From: Octopus vulgaris
Lineage: Eukaryota
NCBI GenBank assembly: GCA_951406725.2
Contig: OX597821.1
Location: 96,906,001-96,970,000 of the forward strand
Direction of reading: 5' to 3'
Length of the DNA stretch: 64,000 nucleotides
Part shown: piece after piece, positions 12,229 through 25,914 of the stretch
How the letters are laid out: every line of letters starts with the position of its first letter
Numbering within the stretch: the first letter of the stretch is position 1
The notes under the pieces: generated by a model
What the model saw: the letters and a program-made list of their open reading frames with translations, nothing else
Database searches by the model: none
Told to the model about the DNA's origin: nothing
Program-made: the position numbers and the translations under genes

Positions 12229-14612
12229 AACTTAGCTTTTCTACTAGTTATATTTTAACTTTCCTCTATATCTAATTATACTAGTAGTCTTTTACAATTT
12301 TGAAACATGTAACTTATAAATTTATAATTTTATAATTTTGTAGCTACACATATATATATATAAATATATATGTTCTGTATTAATTGTTTTTGGTTTTTGG
12401 TTTTTTGTCCTGGTTTATAAGGGAAATACACTGTGGCATGAAAGAATATATACATTTTGGTATATACACAGAAATAGGATATTCTTGGGGATTTCAAAAA
12501 TTGCAGAGTGTGTATAAGTATCATAGTTAGAGAACCTGGTTTTAGATACTGTAATACTAATATGTAATAAATGAGAGTCTACATTGAATATTGTTTGTTT
12601 TGGATGAGTATATGGGTTTTTGCAGGTATTTATTTGGCAGTCTTATATATTGTATATTTAGTGTATCTTTGTACTCATCTTAATTTGTATCTTATGTTAT
12701 TTATTAATAAATCTATTCATTTACTTACATTTGGCTTTATACATATTAGCAGTCTTATATATTTAGTCTATATTTTTACTCATCTTGATTTGTACTTTAT
12801 GTTATTTATCTATTTATTTATTCATTTATCTATAGGTAAATATTTACATAATAGTAGCCTGTATACTAAGTTTATATATGTACTCCTTTCAATGTATATT
12901 TTTCATTTTATTTTATGTTATTGATCTATCTATCTATTCAATTATGTATATGTGGATATATACATATTAGCAGTACTATATATTAGGTGTACCTTTGTAT
13001 TTATCTTAATTTGTTTTCTATGGTATTTATCTATTTATTTATTCATTTATTTATTTATATGTAGATATATACATACATATCCATTATTTATTATAATAAT
13101 ATATATATATTTATACAAGCTTTTACTTATATTTTCATTTTAATTTTAATTATTTCATCTTATTTTATCTTATTACATTTTAATTTTAAGTAATTACAAT
13201 TATTAACTTATAATTAATTTAATTTTTGTTATTTACTTATATACTATTTAATGGTAAGTACTCCACTGATATTATTTAATGCTAAATCCTGTTAATTATT
13301 ATATATGTATTTATGTGTCCACTGTTGCTTAAAAAAAATATATATATATAAGTACTACGAATGTTTGCACGCACATCATATGTGAAAATATATGGTGTGT
13401 ATGTGTATGTCTGTTGTTACACATGAGTATACATATGGACATGTAGATGTGAGTGTAATTCTATTAGTTCGTTGGTGAGGGTTTAAATAGAAAAATATTA
13501 GTATTGTAATAGCATTGGATTTATTACGTAGGGATGATATCTGTTTATGCTATAAGGAGTTATTTTGATTATATATCTTAGAATATTAACGTATTTTGAC
13601 TTCTTACAATTAATCTCTTATAATTTAATTATTATAAACCGTTGTTAACTTAGTATATATATATTTTTATGTCTCTTGATAGTCAAACAGAAATGGGTAT
13701 TCTATACTTTATAATTTAGCGATTGTTTGAATAAAGCATAGCGGTTAAGTTTGCGGACTTTTTAGTTATAAAATACTATGTTTACGAAAAATACGGTGTC
13801 ATATGAATTATGTACCTTATAAAAAATTACATTCTCTATCTGGATATAATTATAGGTATGTTTGCATTTACTGTTTTATGGAAATATGTGAGTGGATCTA
13901 CTTAGTTAATACCACAGCCATGGTGTCGTTTGGGATGGCTTGATGTCTGCATACATGTATGTGCAATCGGTTGGGTTCCTCTGTTTTGCATGTGTATAGT
14001 TGCGATTCTACCTCTTATATTATTTATTTATTTATTTATGATTTGGCTGTGTATGTGGCTATGTATGTGTGTATGTGTGTGGGTGTGTGTGTATACACAT
14101 AGCTATGTATGTATGTGCGCACGATCTGTGGGTGTGAGTGTGCGTATGTGTGTTTCTTGGCTAACTAACCGTAAAATTTCCATTGTGATTCAAATTTAAA
14201 ACTATAAGCCAATCGAATCTATCTATGAAAATCAATACCAAGCGGACAGATGAATTCGACTTATTGAGTATATATGTGGATGTCCGCTTGCTTTACATGG
14301 TACAATCATGGTTGTTATTATTATTATTATTATTATTAATATTAATATTAATTTTATTGACTTTTTGTGTGGTTATACATTTTAATAGACTGGACTGTTA
14401 AATATATATGCCTGCTTTAAATTTAAATGTGAGTGTACATGTATTTCCTTGATGTTGGATATAGAACTATGAGTTCAATATGGAACATTATTGTGTTTGT
14501 TAATGTATATTGATATATATTGTTTATATTGTATTATTGTGTATATATATATGTGTAGAATTATGAGTGTCTATGCACAAATTTTTATATTCATATGTAA
14601 ATTTTTTTCATA

Positions 14613-14745
14613 CTTACATTAAATTCTCTGAAGAGGCCGTGAGACATTCTTGTTAATGTCTCATTTATACCTGCTTTATATGGCTAATAGGTTAAATGGG
14701 ACATACCTGTCTTTACGGCCGAAACAGCTGTCAGCTACAATGTAA
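14613..14745 (+). ncRNA. Type I hammerhead ribozyme in the PLE pLTR
   Basis: CTGAAGA (14628-34), GGCCGT...ACGGCC stem II, GAAAC (14721-25), palindromic ACAGCTGT stem III, GTC cleavage triplet 14730-32; TTACATT/AATGTAA extends stem I. Confidence 0.8.
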
Positions 14746-15479
14746 TTGTATTTTCTATTTCTATTTCTATGTCTAGTTATATTTGTAATATATTATGTAT
14801 AATGTCATTCCTGTTGTGTAATGGTTTAATAAAGTATTGAGTGGGTATTATCTGATGGTTGATGATTGATTTAGATATGTTTCTCCATTTTCTCATTTTG
14901 TATATATATATATATATATATATAAATATATATATATATAGATAAATAGATAGATAGATAGATATATAGATATGTATGTATGTACGTGTAAGTATGCATG
15001 TGTATATATATATGTACGTATGTATGTATGTATCTATCGATCTCACTATGTCTCTCACTCTCTCTCTTTCTCTCTCTCTCACTCTCTCTCCCTTATATGC
15101 GGGCGCGCACACACACACAAGTGCGAGGCGTATTTGTAGACACTTGATTATCACAATATTACTCTTTCGAAACCAATGAAAGGATCTTTTATCTCGTTCA
15201 GATCCCACATACCAGATAAAATGCTAATACGAGAAATAAAAGTACATGACGTCATGTTGCAAAGTATTTTGTGCACAAAATCCGGATGTAATTGGAAGCT
15301 TTTGACAAGAATATTTTTGCTCACTATAAATGTATATTCTTTTATCCTTTTATACGTTTCAGCCCTAAATCTGTGGCCATGCTGGAGCACCGCCAATGTA
15401 ATCACCTTTTTAATTGCAAATCTTGTTATTGTTTTACGGTGAAGGAGGGATTTCGACACTGGAGCCCTCTTTTGAGTTT

Positions 15480-15730
15480 CATCCCTTGATATAGGTTCAT
15501 CGGGGATCTTGGAAAAACAAGAAGTCAAGATGTGTCTTGAAAACACCTACTCCTACTCCATAAAGATCCCTCAGATATTTTGGCAACGCATTAAATAGCT
15601 GTGGGTCCTTGAATCCTGAACTATTGCAGTACATGGTCCTCACTCTAGATGGGATAGCTGGGACCTTTGGAACAGTGCAGTTCGGGGGCTAGTATAAATC
15701 TCGATAACAATGTTTGGAGCCGGCCCCGCC
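15480..15730 (-). mobile_element. CR1-group LINE 3' coding fragment
   Basis: Minus-strand translation SRVRTMYCNS..PQLFNALPKYLRDL..VFKTHLDFL..IPDEP resembles the end of CR1-like ORF2. Confidence 0.6.
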
Positions 15731-15895
15731 AGGAATTTTTTGTTTGACTGACACAATCGATTCTGTCAAGCATTGTCTTTTTTTATGATGATAATTATAA
15801 TAATTATGCGTGCGCGCGCACACACACACTTATGCATACATGCATATAATATATATATACATACATGTATACATACATACATATATATATATATT

Positions 15896-15929
<34 letters not shown>

Positions 15930-16266
15930 CATACATACATACATACATACATACATACATACATACATACATACATACATAGTCTTGACTATTGAAAAGG
16001 TTGCAAGACGCAACGAAAATTTTAGGAAAATAAAAATAAGGAATAAGTGGAAATTTTACCAGTGAATGTGTTAAATTATAAGGCACAAAATGAAAATGAC
16101 TCTCCCCAGACACAACAGAATATGCTTCAACACACGAACACACATAAAGAATCATGCAAACCAAATCCAAAATGGAAATACATTAAGTATGTTGACATCC
16201 TCTCTACAACGTGTTATTTTTTTCATGTGAGCATATATGCAGTGTATAAAAGAGTAAAATAGTTAC

Positions 16267-16407
16267 GTCTCTGGCAGACATGTCCGTCCCAACCATCTGC
16301 ACAGCCTGAATCACATTCGCCTGTTGTGCTATTGCATGTGGTTACATCTTCACAGTGACATATATATTGGCATCTAGGACCGAACAGTCCCGAACTACAT
16401 TCGCGAG
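16267..16407 (-). CDS. Host gene exon 2: laminin/MEGF10-SCARF-type EGF repeat (RECSSGLFGPRCQYICHCEDVTTCNSTTGECDSGCADGWDGHVCQR)
   Basis: aacAG acceptor, GTAACT donor, 141 nt, phase 1-1, no stops. The C..G.FG..C...CHC....C....G.C..GC..GW.G..C spacing is typical of MEGF/SCARF-like EGF repeats. Not in the ORF track. Confidence 0.9.
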
Positions 16408-17726
16408 CTGTTAAAACAAGGAATAAGAAGAAAATATATTAAATGGTGAAACGTCTGTGATTAGTTATTTTGGAATATAAACTTCATATTGTGAATATTT
16501 ACAGTATTTGTGTCTAGACTACGTTTCTAACGGAGAATTATTACATATCATCATCAGGTGTTATATTCTTGGATATGTATATGGTATCAAACAGGTGTTG
16601 AAGAGAGAAAATATTTCTAAACTCTTCCTAGAAATCCTTTTGTCACCGAAGCCACTGACTCATAGACACCTGATGACAATCGGTGATGGAACCAATCAAA
16701 ACACAGTGTAGGCACAACAAATACTGTAAATATACACTGTTATAGTGAGGTTAATAATTACAAAATTTATAAGTTTACGAAATGGAGTGTTTGATAATAT
16801 CGCAAATTATCCCAAAAGTGAAATTTATGTGTTTAATTCTGTATAAAAGAAGACACATTTTTCGTTCCCAAAACTACATAGTTTCGTGTATCACACACAG
16901 AAAAGCGAAGTGTAATGTTTTAGACGAGGTTTCCTGTCATTCTCTGTCCATATTCCAGTCAACATGTCTTCAACTTGTTCGAATCAGTTTGTCTTTTAGG
17001 ATTAATTTGTCCACATTCTGAACGTACTCATTTCCATAAACTTTATTGGATGATTTTTGCCGATGCATTTCATCACTAGTTTCATTGTACCTTTCTCTCT
17101 TTCCTTTACGTCCTCTTTAGTGATGCAAGAAATTTAGAGACACAGACTCAATCTGCCGCCTATTTTAACACAACTTGACTCAAGGATCCCTTTAACAGAA
17201 TACAATTGTTTGCTAACTTTCAGGTTAACTATCGAAGGGTAACTTCACAGATACCAGAGACATGTAAAAGGATTTCCTTCTGATTATATCAATAATTGCG
17301 AAAGAATAAAACATAAAAAAAGAAAGAAAACTTGGCTGGTGAATTTACAGATGTTATTGGAAAGAAAAGAGCATGTACCGATGTTAGCAATCACTGCTTT
17401 TACCAGGTTTTAATATTATTACTGCATCAAACATTGGCACAAAGGACACATTTCGGGAAAAGGTATAATCGACTAAATCGACATCAGCACATAGCTGTTA
17501 CTTTATTTCATAAACTCTGGAATGATAAAGGCAAATATGACAGAGCCAAAGTTAGGAAATTTTGTCCACCATCTTACTGTAGCCACACTGCCTACCTCTA
17601 CCTTCTTCTCGTTCTTCTATCCCCCCCCGCCTCAACTCATACTTCTACAACTACTTCTGCTCTTGGTACTGCTTCTGATACTACTATTATTACTGCTGCT
17701 ATCACAACTACTACTACTACTATTAT

Positions 17727-17763
<37 letters not shown>

Positions 17764-17804
17764 GATGATGATGATGGTTTCGAATTTTGCCACAAGAGCA
17801 GCCA

Positions 17805-18175
17805 TTTTAGGGGAGGAGATGAGTCGATTACATCGACCTCAGTGTTTCACTGATACTTAATTTATCGACCTCGAAAGGATGAAAGACAAAGTCGACCTCG
17901 GCGGAATTTGATCTCAGATTGTAGTAACGGACAAAATACCTATTTCTTTACTACCCACAGGGGGCTAAACACAGAGAGGACAAACAAGGACAGACAAACG
18001 GATTAAGTAGATTATATCGACCCCAGTGCGTAACTGGTACTTATTTAATCGACCCCGAAAGGCTGAAAGGCAAAGTCGACCTCGGCGGAATTTGAAATCA
18101 GAACGTAACGGCAGACGAAATACGGCTACGCATTTCGCCCGGTATGCTAACGTTTCTGTCAGCTCGTCGCCTTCC
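17805..18175 (-). mobile_element. SINE family A, tandem dimer
   Basis: Two consecutive gaaaggatgaaaggcaaagtcgacctcggcggaatttga-like units; one head at ~18170 next to (TAA)n. Confidence 0.8.
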
Positions 18176-18241
<66 letters not shown>

Positions 18242-18874
18242 TGATAATGATGATACATGTAATAGAACTTTGGGAAACAAAAGTTTAATATAACACATTG
18301 AAAAACATTACAATTAGACATAGGTAACAGTAAAACAGAATATTAAAATACAATAATTATTAGAATACAATAAAAGGAAAATTACAGTAAATAACAAAAG
18401 ACAGTGAAATAAAAATAAGAAAAACAGCACGAAAAACAATTAGCTTGTAGCTTACCATCGTAAAAAAAAGTGAAAGTAAATTGTCCTAAAATATGAAGTT
18501 AGCGACAGAAACCGGAACTGACAACCGTGACATACCAGATTTCATAAAAAGAATAGAAAAAACTCCTTCATTATACGACATCCATGCAGCTGAGGTACAC
18601 CGTTCTAATGCCCTATACCAAGCAACGAACACTACTCAGAAGGCAATTCAATGACTTGCATGTTGACGCATGATAGCCATCAAAGTTGCAAGTTTTAATG
18701 CAATAATTCTGCACGTTTAATGAACTGTAGTGAAAGAACTGTTGGGAATCGGTGGCATTGTTCCTGGGCCCTCGCTCCAGAAAAGAACCATTCGACTCAA
18801 CAAATACTAATTCAACAAACGCACATGTAGATAATGATGTGTCACATACTTTTTTAACATGAAATCATGGAATA

Positions 18875-20045
18875 TCACGCTGCTGCACTTGCCCTTACCT
18901 CTGCAACACCACCTGCCTCATCGGCACCCATTATGGACCCTATCATATCACCGACTCCTTCACCTGCACTTCTACCAATATCATCTACTGCATCTTCTGC
19001 TCTCTCTGCTCTTCTCTATACATCGGGCAAACAGGACGCCGCTTGGCTGACCGGTTCGCGGAAAACCTCCGAGACATCCGACTCAGCAATGACACCCTGG
19101 TCTCGCGCCACTTCCTTTCTACCGGACACTCTTTGCAACACCTGTCTCTGTTCGGACTGTCCTTGCACAGGGGCCATCCTGACTCCCGTTTGCGCCGTGA
19201 ACAAGGATTAATCTTCTCACTTCTCTTCTTTGTCCCACATGAGCTCAACTCTCCTCCCCTCTTCATCCAACCACCTCCCCTCTCCTCTCTCCCTCTCACA
19301 GCTACTTCCTCCCACCCACCTCTCCTCTCTTGCTCCGACTCCTACTTCTCTTCACTCCTACTCTCCTTCTACCTTCTCTTCCCTCCTGCCTACCTTCTCC
19401 CTTCCCCCTCTCCCTTCATCGTCACCCTTCCCTCGTAACCCCCTACACAATCCAACCCCACTTTCCCTATCCATCCCATCCCATCCCCACTCCATCCCTT
19501 ACACCCACTCCCACCCCTACCTTCAGCCTACCCACATACCCCACCTCTACCCCCACCCTTGATTTCCCCACTCTCGCTTCTCCTACATCCCAACACCATC
19601 ACGCCACACCACATACCACTACACTACACACCACCATACCACACAACACCATATCACATCACATCACACCACCACGCACACACTAGCACTGACCACTTCC
19701 CAGCCCCACATACACACACGTACACATACACACACGTCAAGGTCACCAGCCCTCTTCCACACGCACATAATGCTCTCTTAAACATACGCACACGCCCCTT
19801 CATTTTGAGATTACCACTACTTTATTATCTCCCCTTCTCCCTAGCTCTCCCGTGTGATCCCTCTGTCCGGCATTCGCCATGAAAATCGCTAGCCACTACA
19901 CATTCTTTATTTTTTCCTCGTTTCTTTCTATGTTCCTTTCTGTGGAAGAGCGTAGGCTCGAAGCGTTAAAGACTTTCACTTCTCGAGCATTAAACTAATA
20001 CATCTGTTTGTTGTCTACACCACCTATCTTCGTCTTTTAATTTTT
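18875..20045 (+). mobile_element. Neptune-like Penelope element 3' part (Cys-rich linker + GIY-YIG, C-rich tail, decayed hammerhead ~19940-19970)
   Basis: Reads RCCTCPY...FTCTSTNIIYCIFCSLCSSLYIGQTGRRLADRFAE...VSRHF...RLRREQGLIFSL; ctgtggaagagcgtaggctcgaagcgttaa resembles the 43519-43553 ribozyme. Confidence 0.8.
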
Positions 20046-20083
20046 TTGTGAATTCTCCCCACCCCTATATATATATTTATATA

Positions 20084-20210
<127 letters not shown>

Positions 20211-20219
20211 CGGCAGAAA

Positions 20220-22385
20220 TTGGAAGGCAAGATCTTTATGGGAATTCTGTCGAGGAGAACAGTGGCATATTTACAGAGTAACGGATATGTTGATGAATCT
20301 GTTCAAAAGGCCGGAATCCCCGGGATCCCTGGATGCATTGAACACTGTTTTTCGATTTGGGAAGCGATCCAGGATGCCAAACAGAACAAGAAAAGTCTGA
20401 ACGTGGTATGGCTCGACCTAGCTAACGCGTATGGTTCAGTGCCACACAAATTACTAATAACAGCCATGGACCACTTCCACATTCCTGACAAAGTGATCAA
20501 AATAATGAGGATGTACTATGACAGTTTCGAAATGAGGTTTACAACTGGAAATCTTACAACAAATTGGCACCGATTGGAAGTTGGCATTGCTGCTGGCTGT
20601 ACAATATCTGTCACGTGGTTTATCTTAGTCATGGAGTTGATTTTGAAAGGTGTAGATTTTTCGGAACAAATCGCCCATGTACAATCGCCTAAGAAAGCCT
20701 TCATGGATGACGTGACACTTCTAGCTACAGATAAACAAATCATGCAGAATGCCCTCTTGAGATTAGACGAACTTGTAAAGTGGTCAAGGATGCGATTTAG
20801 AGCAAAAAAGTCGCGTAGTCTGACATTTGTTAAGTGAGTGCAGAAAGAATTTAAATTTCGAATATCTGAAGAAAGCATTCCAACAGTCAAGGAAGAGCCC
20901 GTCAAGAGCTTGGGACGAGTATATGCTGGAACATTGTCAGACAGAAGTCGTGGGATTGAAATTATGAAACAGGCCGAGGCTGGGTTATCAGCGATTGATA
21001 ATTCGAAGTTACCAGGTAAATATAAAATTTGGTGCTTGCAGTTCGGTTTGTACCCGCGACTTGCGTGGCCACTTTTAATATACGAAGTAGCATTGTCACG
21101 AGTTGAAAGGATTGAACAAAAATGTAATGTGTTCATTAGAAAGTGGCTAGGCCTACCTCGTATGTTGAACAGCTCAGCTCTTTATCGTAAAAGAGGTTCG
21201 TTGCAGCTACCAATAGCATCAATAGTCGAAATATATAAGTTGGGGAAGATACGGACGGTCATGATACTGAGAGAATCGAAGGATATGGAAATCAGGCGTA
21301 ACCCACCAGAGGTGAAAACAGCCAGGAAGTGGAAAGCAGAAGCAGAAACTGACAACATCTTGTCTTCTCTTACACACAGAGATATGGTGGGAGCAACGCA
21401 GAACCATCGGAAAGGACTTGGTTTTGGCGCAGATCAGTTCAGACCGTTTGCAAGCATGATACCGAGTGAACGCAGATGTGTTGTTAGCAACATCGTCAAA
21501 ATAAGAAAAGCAGAGAGAAGAGAGCTTCATTTGATCCGATGTGTTCATCAAGGTCAGATGACGAGATGGGAAGAACATGTTGTTGCGAGGAAGATAAGTT
21601 GGGATGAGATGTGGAAGTGGACGACATCTCGGCTGAGTTTCCTGATTCGTTCATCTTATGATGTTTTGCCATCACCTACGAATCTAGTAAGATTGAACGT
21701 TTTAGAGAATGACATCTGCAAATGTGGAAAGGTCGGTACACTAAAACATATTCTTTCCAACTGTTCATTAGCATTGAACAGGTACACATGGAGACACAAC
21801 TTGGTCCTTAAGGTTATCTTCAATGCTATAAAGAACCAAATTCATCTCAACAACACTGAGGAAAAACCGTTAAAAGTACCATCAAGAGATTTCATTACCT
21901 TCGTGCGACCAGGTCAGCGGATCCCTTTCAAGAAAAAGATCAAGAAACTTCCTGAGAAAAATGAAAAGTGGAACGGCTATTGGGAGGTAACTGCAGATTT
22001 ACCTGGGTGCCAGGTTTTTTTTCCCATCCCAGTTTCGAAAAAAACAGATATTTTGATGTGGTGTGAAAGAAAGAAAGTTGTAAATATAGTCGAGCTAACG
22101 GTTCCTCATGAAGATAATATGGACGCCGCTCGGGCTCGAAAATTGAACCGTTATGAAAACCTCCTCGAGGAATGTGAAGACGCAGGCTGGAAAGCGGAAC
22201 ATTTTCCTATCGAAGTCGGATGTAGAGGGTTTGTTGGACACAGCGTGAGACGACTGTTGTTATCGCTAGGCCTAACTCATAGTAAAGTCAATACCACCAT
22301 GACTGATATCCAATCTACAGTGGAGAAGGCTAGCCACTGGATTTGGTTAAAAAGAGACGATGAGCGATGGCTAGAAGTATATTGA
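20220..22385 (+). pseudogene. RT-REL polyprotein, N-terminally truncated, single in-frame TGA at 20835-20837
   Basis: About 720 codons in one frame broken by only one stop (SRSLTFVK*VQ), where Gly (GGA) would be plausible. Confidence 0.88.
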
Positions 22386-22414
22386 GTTCTTCATAACCAG
22401 CTGATCTAGCAAAC

Positions 22415-22499
22415 GGGGCCTCATATCAGTGAGGGGGGCGGTGCGCATTGATGCCGTCGAGAGGTAGGCCCCGAAACGGCGCGCATTCTCTCCTGATGA
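22415..22499 (+). ncRNA. Candidate non-circularly permuted hammerhead ribozyme-like RNA in the HERO 3' UTR
   Basis: GGGGCCT(22415-21)/AGGCCCC(22466-72) precedes GAAAC; GCCGT(22453-57) pairs with ACGGC(22476-80); GTC triplet; GAGAG(22459-63) pairs with CTCTC(22488-92), directly before CTGATGA(22493-99). Confidence 0.6.
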
Positions 22500-22866
22500 C
22501 CCCATACACTTGCTGGCTTCCGGTATACGGAGCTTTTAACTGGTAGCACTTGCATGTGCAAGTTGTTTGCAAGACATTTATGAAATGTCGGAGTCAGCAG
22601 TTGTGACGATAAGAATTTGTTATTATAATTGCATACTGTAGGATGTGAAAGATGAACAATGCATGAGTTTTGGTGACGTAGAAGTGGTTAGAAAGGGTCA
22701 AGTGGTGAAGACATTGTTTCGGGTTATCTAAAGGCATCTGGAAAATGTAAAACTACTGTCAGAGAAAAACCATTGTTCCGCCTTGGGAAAAGTTCTGTAG
22801 CAGTGTTAATTTAAATATGGCTCTGGTGGATCGAATCCACTTCATGCATGCAAGATTCACTACATG

Positions 22867-22935
<69 letters not shown>

Positions 22936-23103
22936 AAAAGCATTGCTCAGTATTCAACGTTGACATATACGTTTCCATTTATAAATACCTGCACACTCTC
23001 TCACACACATATATATGTGTACATATACATGTATATCAGTATACATAAAAATACACATAAAATATACATATGAATATATATACACATACACACACATGCA
23101 TAT

Positions 23104-23203
<100 letters not shown>

Positions 23204-23261
23204 TTACAAGTACAAAGTGAGATAGGGGTTATGAGTGTAATTTTTATAATTGTACTTTATA

Positions 23262-23387
23262 ATCTCTGACGAGGCCTTGAGATATATATCTAAGTAACTC
23301 ATTTTTAACTGCATATTACCTCAATACATCTGACTAACATAGGCAGAATGAAATACCTTTATCTACAGGCTGAAACACCTGTAAGAT
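23262..23387 (+). ncRNA. Type I hammerhead ribozyme in a short PLE remnant (~23205-23560) between (TA)n tracts
   Basis: ATCT-CTGACGA-GGCCT...AGGCT-GAAAC-ACCT-GTA-AGAT; stems I and II pair. Confidence 0.72.
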
Positions 23388-23556
23388 CCATTTTATGTGT
23401 ATTATTTATATGGTATTATTATCTTACTTATTGATGTATATTGTTTCATTTTGTTGGATTTGGATGTTCCTATTTAAGTAGTTAATAAATAATATGAATT
23501 GGTAATATCTGCAAGTCGATGATTGAAATGAATCTGTTCCTCCATTTTCTTATTTG

Positions 23557-23623
<67 letters not shown>

Positions 23624-24883
23624 GACACATATATCTACGCATATCTATATGCATACAAATATACGCATTCATACATACACGTAATAAGCGGTACCTATAA
23701 TTTATTTAATTATTTAAGTAGAATTAATATTTGTTTAATTTAGAGTATGCTGACCAGTAATACGGAAAATTGATGTTGTACTAGTAAACAGAATATTATT
23801 TAGTCAACCTTAAAGACAATAAAACTTGGGAAAACCTTTAAAACTCTGTTAACTAAGAAATAAAATAAGTAGAAGGAAATACAGTAAACTTTAAAGATGA
23901 TAAAAAAATTGTATAAATTAATAGTATTGGGAAATAAAATTCTGAATACAATAAAGGTTAAGGGCAATATAATACAAGAGACCTGAGTGACATATTAAAC
24001 AAAAAATTTAATATGAAGTATGGAGCACCTTAAAGATCATAAAAACATAGTAAACTTTAAAAGCAGTGAAATCTAAAATGAAATAAATAGAATGAAATAC
24101 AATAAAATAAAACACCAGAGACTGTAAGATAAAAGAGTTAAATAATAAAACACACACACGTAAAAAAAAAACCCAGAAAAACATTCGAAACAAACAAAAT
24201 ATAGCAATTAAAACGAAGGGTAAAACAACATTGTAAAGTGCCGTGATGCAGAAACACGCAGATATAACTAATTTCATTACTGCAATTATATTTTTGTAAT
24301 TATTGTGTTTAAATGTATTTTAATGCAATATATGGGGTTTTTCTTTATATTTCATTGTATTAGGGTGTGTCCGTAAGCGGTCTTCCAGTATGGCCTTGAC
24401 CGGGATAGATAAAATAATCAAATGGAAAATAATTGTTTTTCCGTGTTTTGTTGATATAGTTTATCTTAGCTTTTCTTTCACTTGTTTCCCTCACTAAACT
24501 GCAGGCCTGCGGGGCCACCACTTTGAAGAATATTTAAGTCGAATAATTCAACTTCGGTACGTTTTTTTCTTCAGCCTGGTACTTCTCTTGCCAAACCGCT
24601 AAGGTACGAGGACGTAAACGCCCAGTACCGGTGGTCAAGCGGTAGTGGGGGACCAAGACAGACACAAAACCACGTGAACAGGCTGCGGTCTCAAAGCGAC
24701 GAAAATATTTTGGTAAATTAAATTTAAATGTTGAAGTGAATCTTACGGCTTTTGTGTGTTTTAAATGGCTTATGGATACCTTCCACCCCCTGCAATTGTT
24801 ATATATTTATATATATAACTATAGCCTCAGGCTGACTAAAGTCTCGCGAGTGAATTTGGTAGACGGAAAATGAAAGCCCGTTG

Positions 24884-24949
<66 letters not shown>

Positions 24950-24951
<2 letters not shown>

Positions 24952-25372
24952 CTCTCTTTTACTCTTACTCTTTTACTTGTTTCAGTCATTTGACTGCGGC
25001 CATGCTGAAGCACCGACTTTAGACGAGCAAATCGACCCCGGGACTTATTCTTTGTAAGCCCAGTACTTATTCTATCGGTCTCTTTTGCCGAACCGCTAAG
25101 TGACAGGGACGTAAACACACTAGCATCGGTTGTCAAGCAATGCTAGGGGGACAAACACACACACACAAACACATACATACATATATATATATATATACAT
25201 ACATATATACGACAGGTTTCTTTCAGTTTCCGTCTACCAAATACACTCACAAAGCATTGGTCGGCCCGAGGCTATAGCAGAAGACACTTGCCCAAGATGC
25301 CACGCAGTGGGACTGAACCCTGAACCATGTGGTTGGTTAGCAAGCTACTTGCCACACAGCCACTCCTGCGCC
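24950..25372 (-). mobile_element. tRNA-derived SINE family B (bipartite, internal TA/CA microsatellite)
   Basis: Head GGCGCAGGAGTGGCTGTGTGG..GGTTCAGTCCC; tail ..ccagcatggccgcagtcaaatgactgaaacaagtaaaagag; other copies at 44510-44917 and 46585-46969. Confidence 0.8.
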
Positions 25373-25914
25373 TTGGAATGGACATGAAGGAGTACATTTG
25401 GACAGTTATTTTTTAATCACAACAATTGTTTCCAGCCCATGTGGTTCTCCAAAAATACAAGTATTTGATCATGCAACTGTTTGCATAATGAGATGAAGTT
25501 GTACTTCTTCAGGTGATATTCAAGTGTTGTCTCCATTAGTTTAAAAACTTCGACTTCAAGGCCATCCCATCCGGTTTGAATTTTGTAACAGTTGGTCGAT
25601 TCACGTCGTTTTCTGCTAGAGTATCCACCAAACACACTCTAGCAGAAAACAACATGAATCTACTACTGCTACAAAATTCAAACCAAGAACGACGGATGAG
25701 ATGGCCTTGAAGTCGAAGATTTTAAACTAACGGAGACAATAGGCGCAGGAGTGGCTGTGTGATAAGTAGATTGCTAACCAACCACATGGTTCCGGGTTCA
25801 GTCCCACTGCGTGGCATCTTGGGCAAGCGTCTTCTACTATAGCCCCGGGCCGACCAATGCCTTGTGAGTGGATTTGGTAGACGGAAACTGAAAGAAGCCT
25901 GTCGTATATATATA

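Larger units (their letters stand above)
10428..14903 (+). mobile_element. 5'-truncated Penelope-like retroelement with inverted ~1.06 kb pLTR copy
   Basis: 10428-11485 is the near-identical reverse complement of 13844-14903. The spacer encodes a GIY-YIG endonuclease (ORF 11773..12228). Each arm has a hammerhead; the 3' end abuts (TA)n. Confidence 0.9.

Noticed and set aside
20835-20837. In-frame TGA as selenocysteine or programmed readthrough in the RT-REL ORF
   Set aside because: It falls at a position where Gly (GGA) is plausible, one substitution away. No convincing SECIS was seen, and the copy is 5'-truncated anyway.
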